Assembly: GCA_041487875.1 (NCBI GenBank)
Contig: JBGPOE010000010.1
Span: forward strand, 4,453 to 68,452
Reading direction: 5' to 3'
Length of the DNA stretch: 64,000 nucleotides
Origin: Gemmatimonadota bacterium
GTDB taxonomy: Bacteria; Gemmatimonadota; Gemmatimonadetes; Gemmatimonadales; GWC2-71-9
Shown here: one piece after another, positions 63,816-64,000 of the stretch
Numbering within the stretch: position 1 is the stretch's first letter
How the letters are laid out: each line of letters begins with the position of its first letter
Notes under the pieces: generated by a model
Told to the model about the DNA's origin: nothing
The model's input: only the letters and a program-made list of their open reading frames with translations
Databases searched by the model: none
Program-made: the position numbers and the translations under genes

Positions 63816-64000
63816 GAGCCGCCGTGTTCCACGGTGCCAACCAGCCGCTCGAGCTCGCGGACATCCCCACCCCGCGTCCCGGGCCGGGCGAAGCGCTCGT
63901 GCGCGTCGCCGCCTGCGGCCTGTGCCACACCGACCTCCATTATCTCGATCACGGCGTCAAGACGTTCAAGACGCCACCTCTCGTGTTGGGGCACGAGGCC
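63812..64000 (+). CDS. Zn-dependent alcohol dehydrogenase (MDR family; Had-like), N-terminal fragment; 3' end outside window
   Basis: MRAAVFHG...VAACGLCHTDLHY...LGHEA carries the catalytic-zinc ligand motifs. Confidence 0.8.
   Translation, partial: MRAAVFHGANQPLELADIPTPRPGPGEALVRVAACGLCHTDLHYLDHGVKTFKTPPLVLGHEA

Overview
Very high-G+C bacterial chromosomal DNA with no plasmid, phage or transposon hallmarks. The window spans the replication-origin neighbourhood: mnmE-yidC-yidD-rnpA-rpmH on the minus strand and dnaA-dnaN on the plus strand. The dnaA-dnaN spacer holds a cluster of DnaA-box-like motifs and a sharply AT-rich tract of about 50 bp. I support about 65 protein genes. Two structured RNAs were found by eye: RNase P RNA (rnpB, minus strand, about 24.1-24.5 kb) and a TPP riboswitch in front of thiC. 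rpmH is absent from the ORF track because it is under 60 aa; I found it by manual translation. The left third is a chain of overlapping housekeeping genes (holA, a SPOR protein, mutS, a TonB-C protein, cystathionine beta-synthase, ddl, rhomboid). The middle carries envelope and signalling genes: two GWxTD-domain proteins, an Slt-type lytic transglycosylase, MtgA, two bare Ser/Thr kinases, an MCP, an AraC regulator with a degenerate receiver-like domain, polA, cspA, an MMPL transporter and a GH38 mannosidase. The most unusual content is at the right end (56.3 kb to the window edge). It is a translationally chained operon of at least 10 genes. It encodes a TetR regulator, an Oah/BamA-like ring hydrolase, an SDR, a Dch-like hydratase, a four-subunit class-I-like benzoyl-CoA reductase with two short ATPase paralogues, a small unknown protein and a Had-like Zn-dehydrogenase. 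Together these form a complete ATP-dependent aromatic-ring dearomatisation and ring-cleavage module. A second notable operon (41.6-45.4 kb) places an AmmeMemoRadiSam-type radical SAM enzyme without its usual partners next to a matrixin protease, a serine hydrolase, a DCC thiol oxidoreductase and a DUF59 Fe-S factor. I recognised no rRNA, tRNA, CRISPR array, integrase or transposase. Gene content and composition suggest a Gemmatimonadota- or Acidobacteriota-like host, but that is inference only. All family assignments rest on motifs read from the translations, not on database searches.
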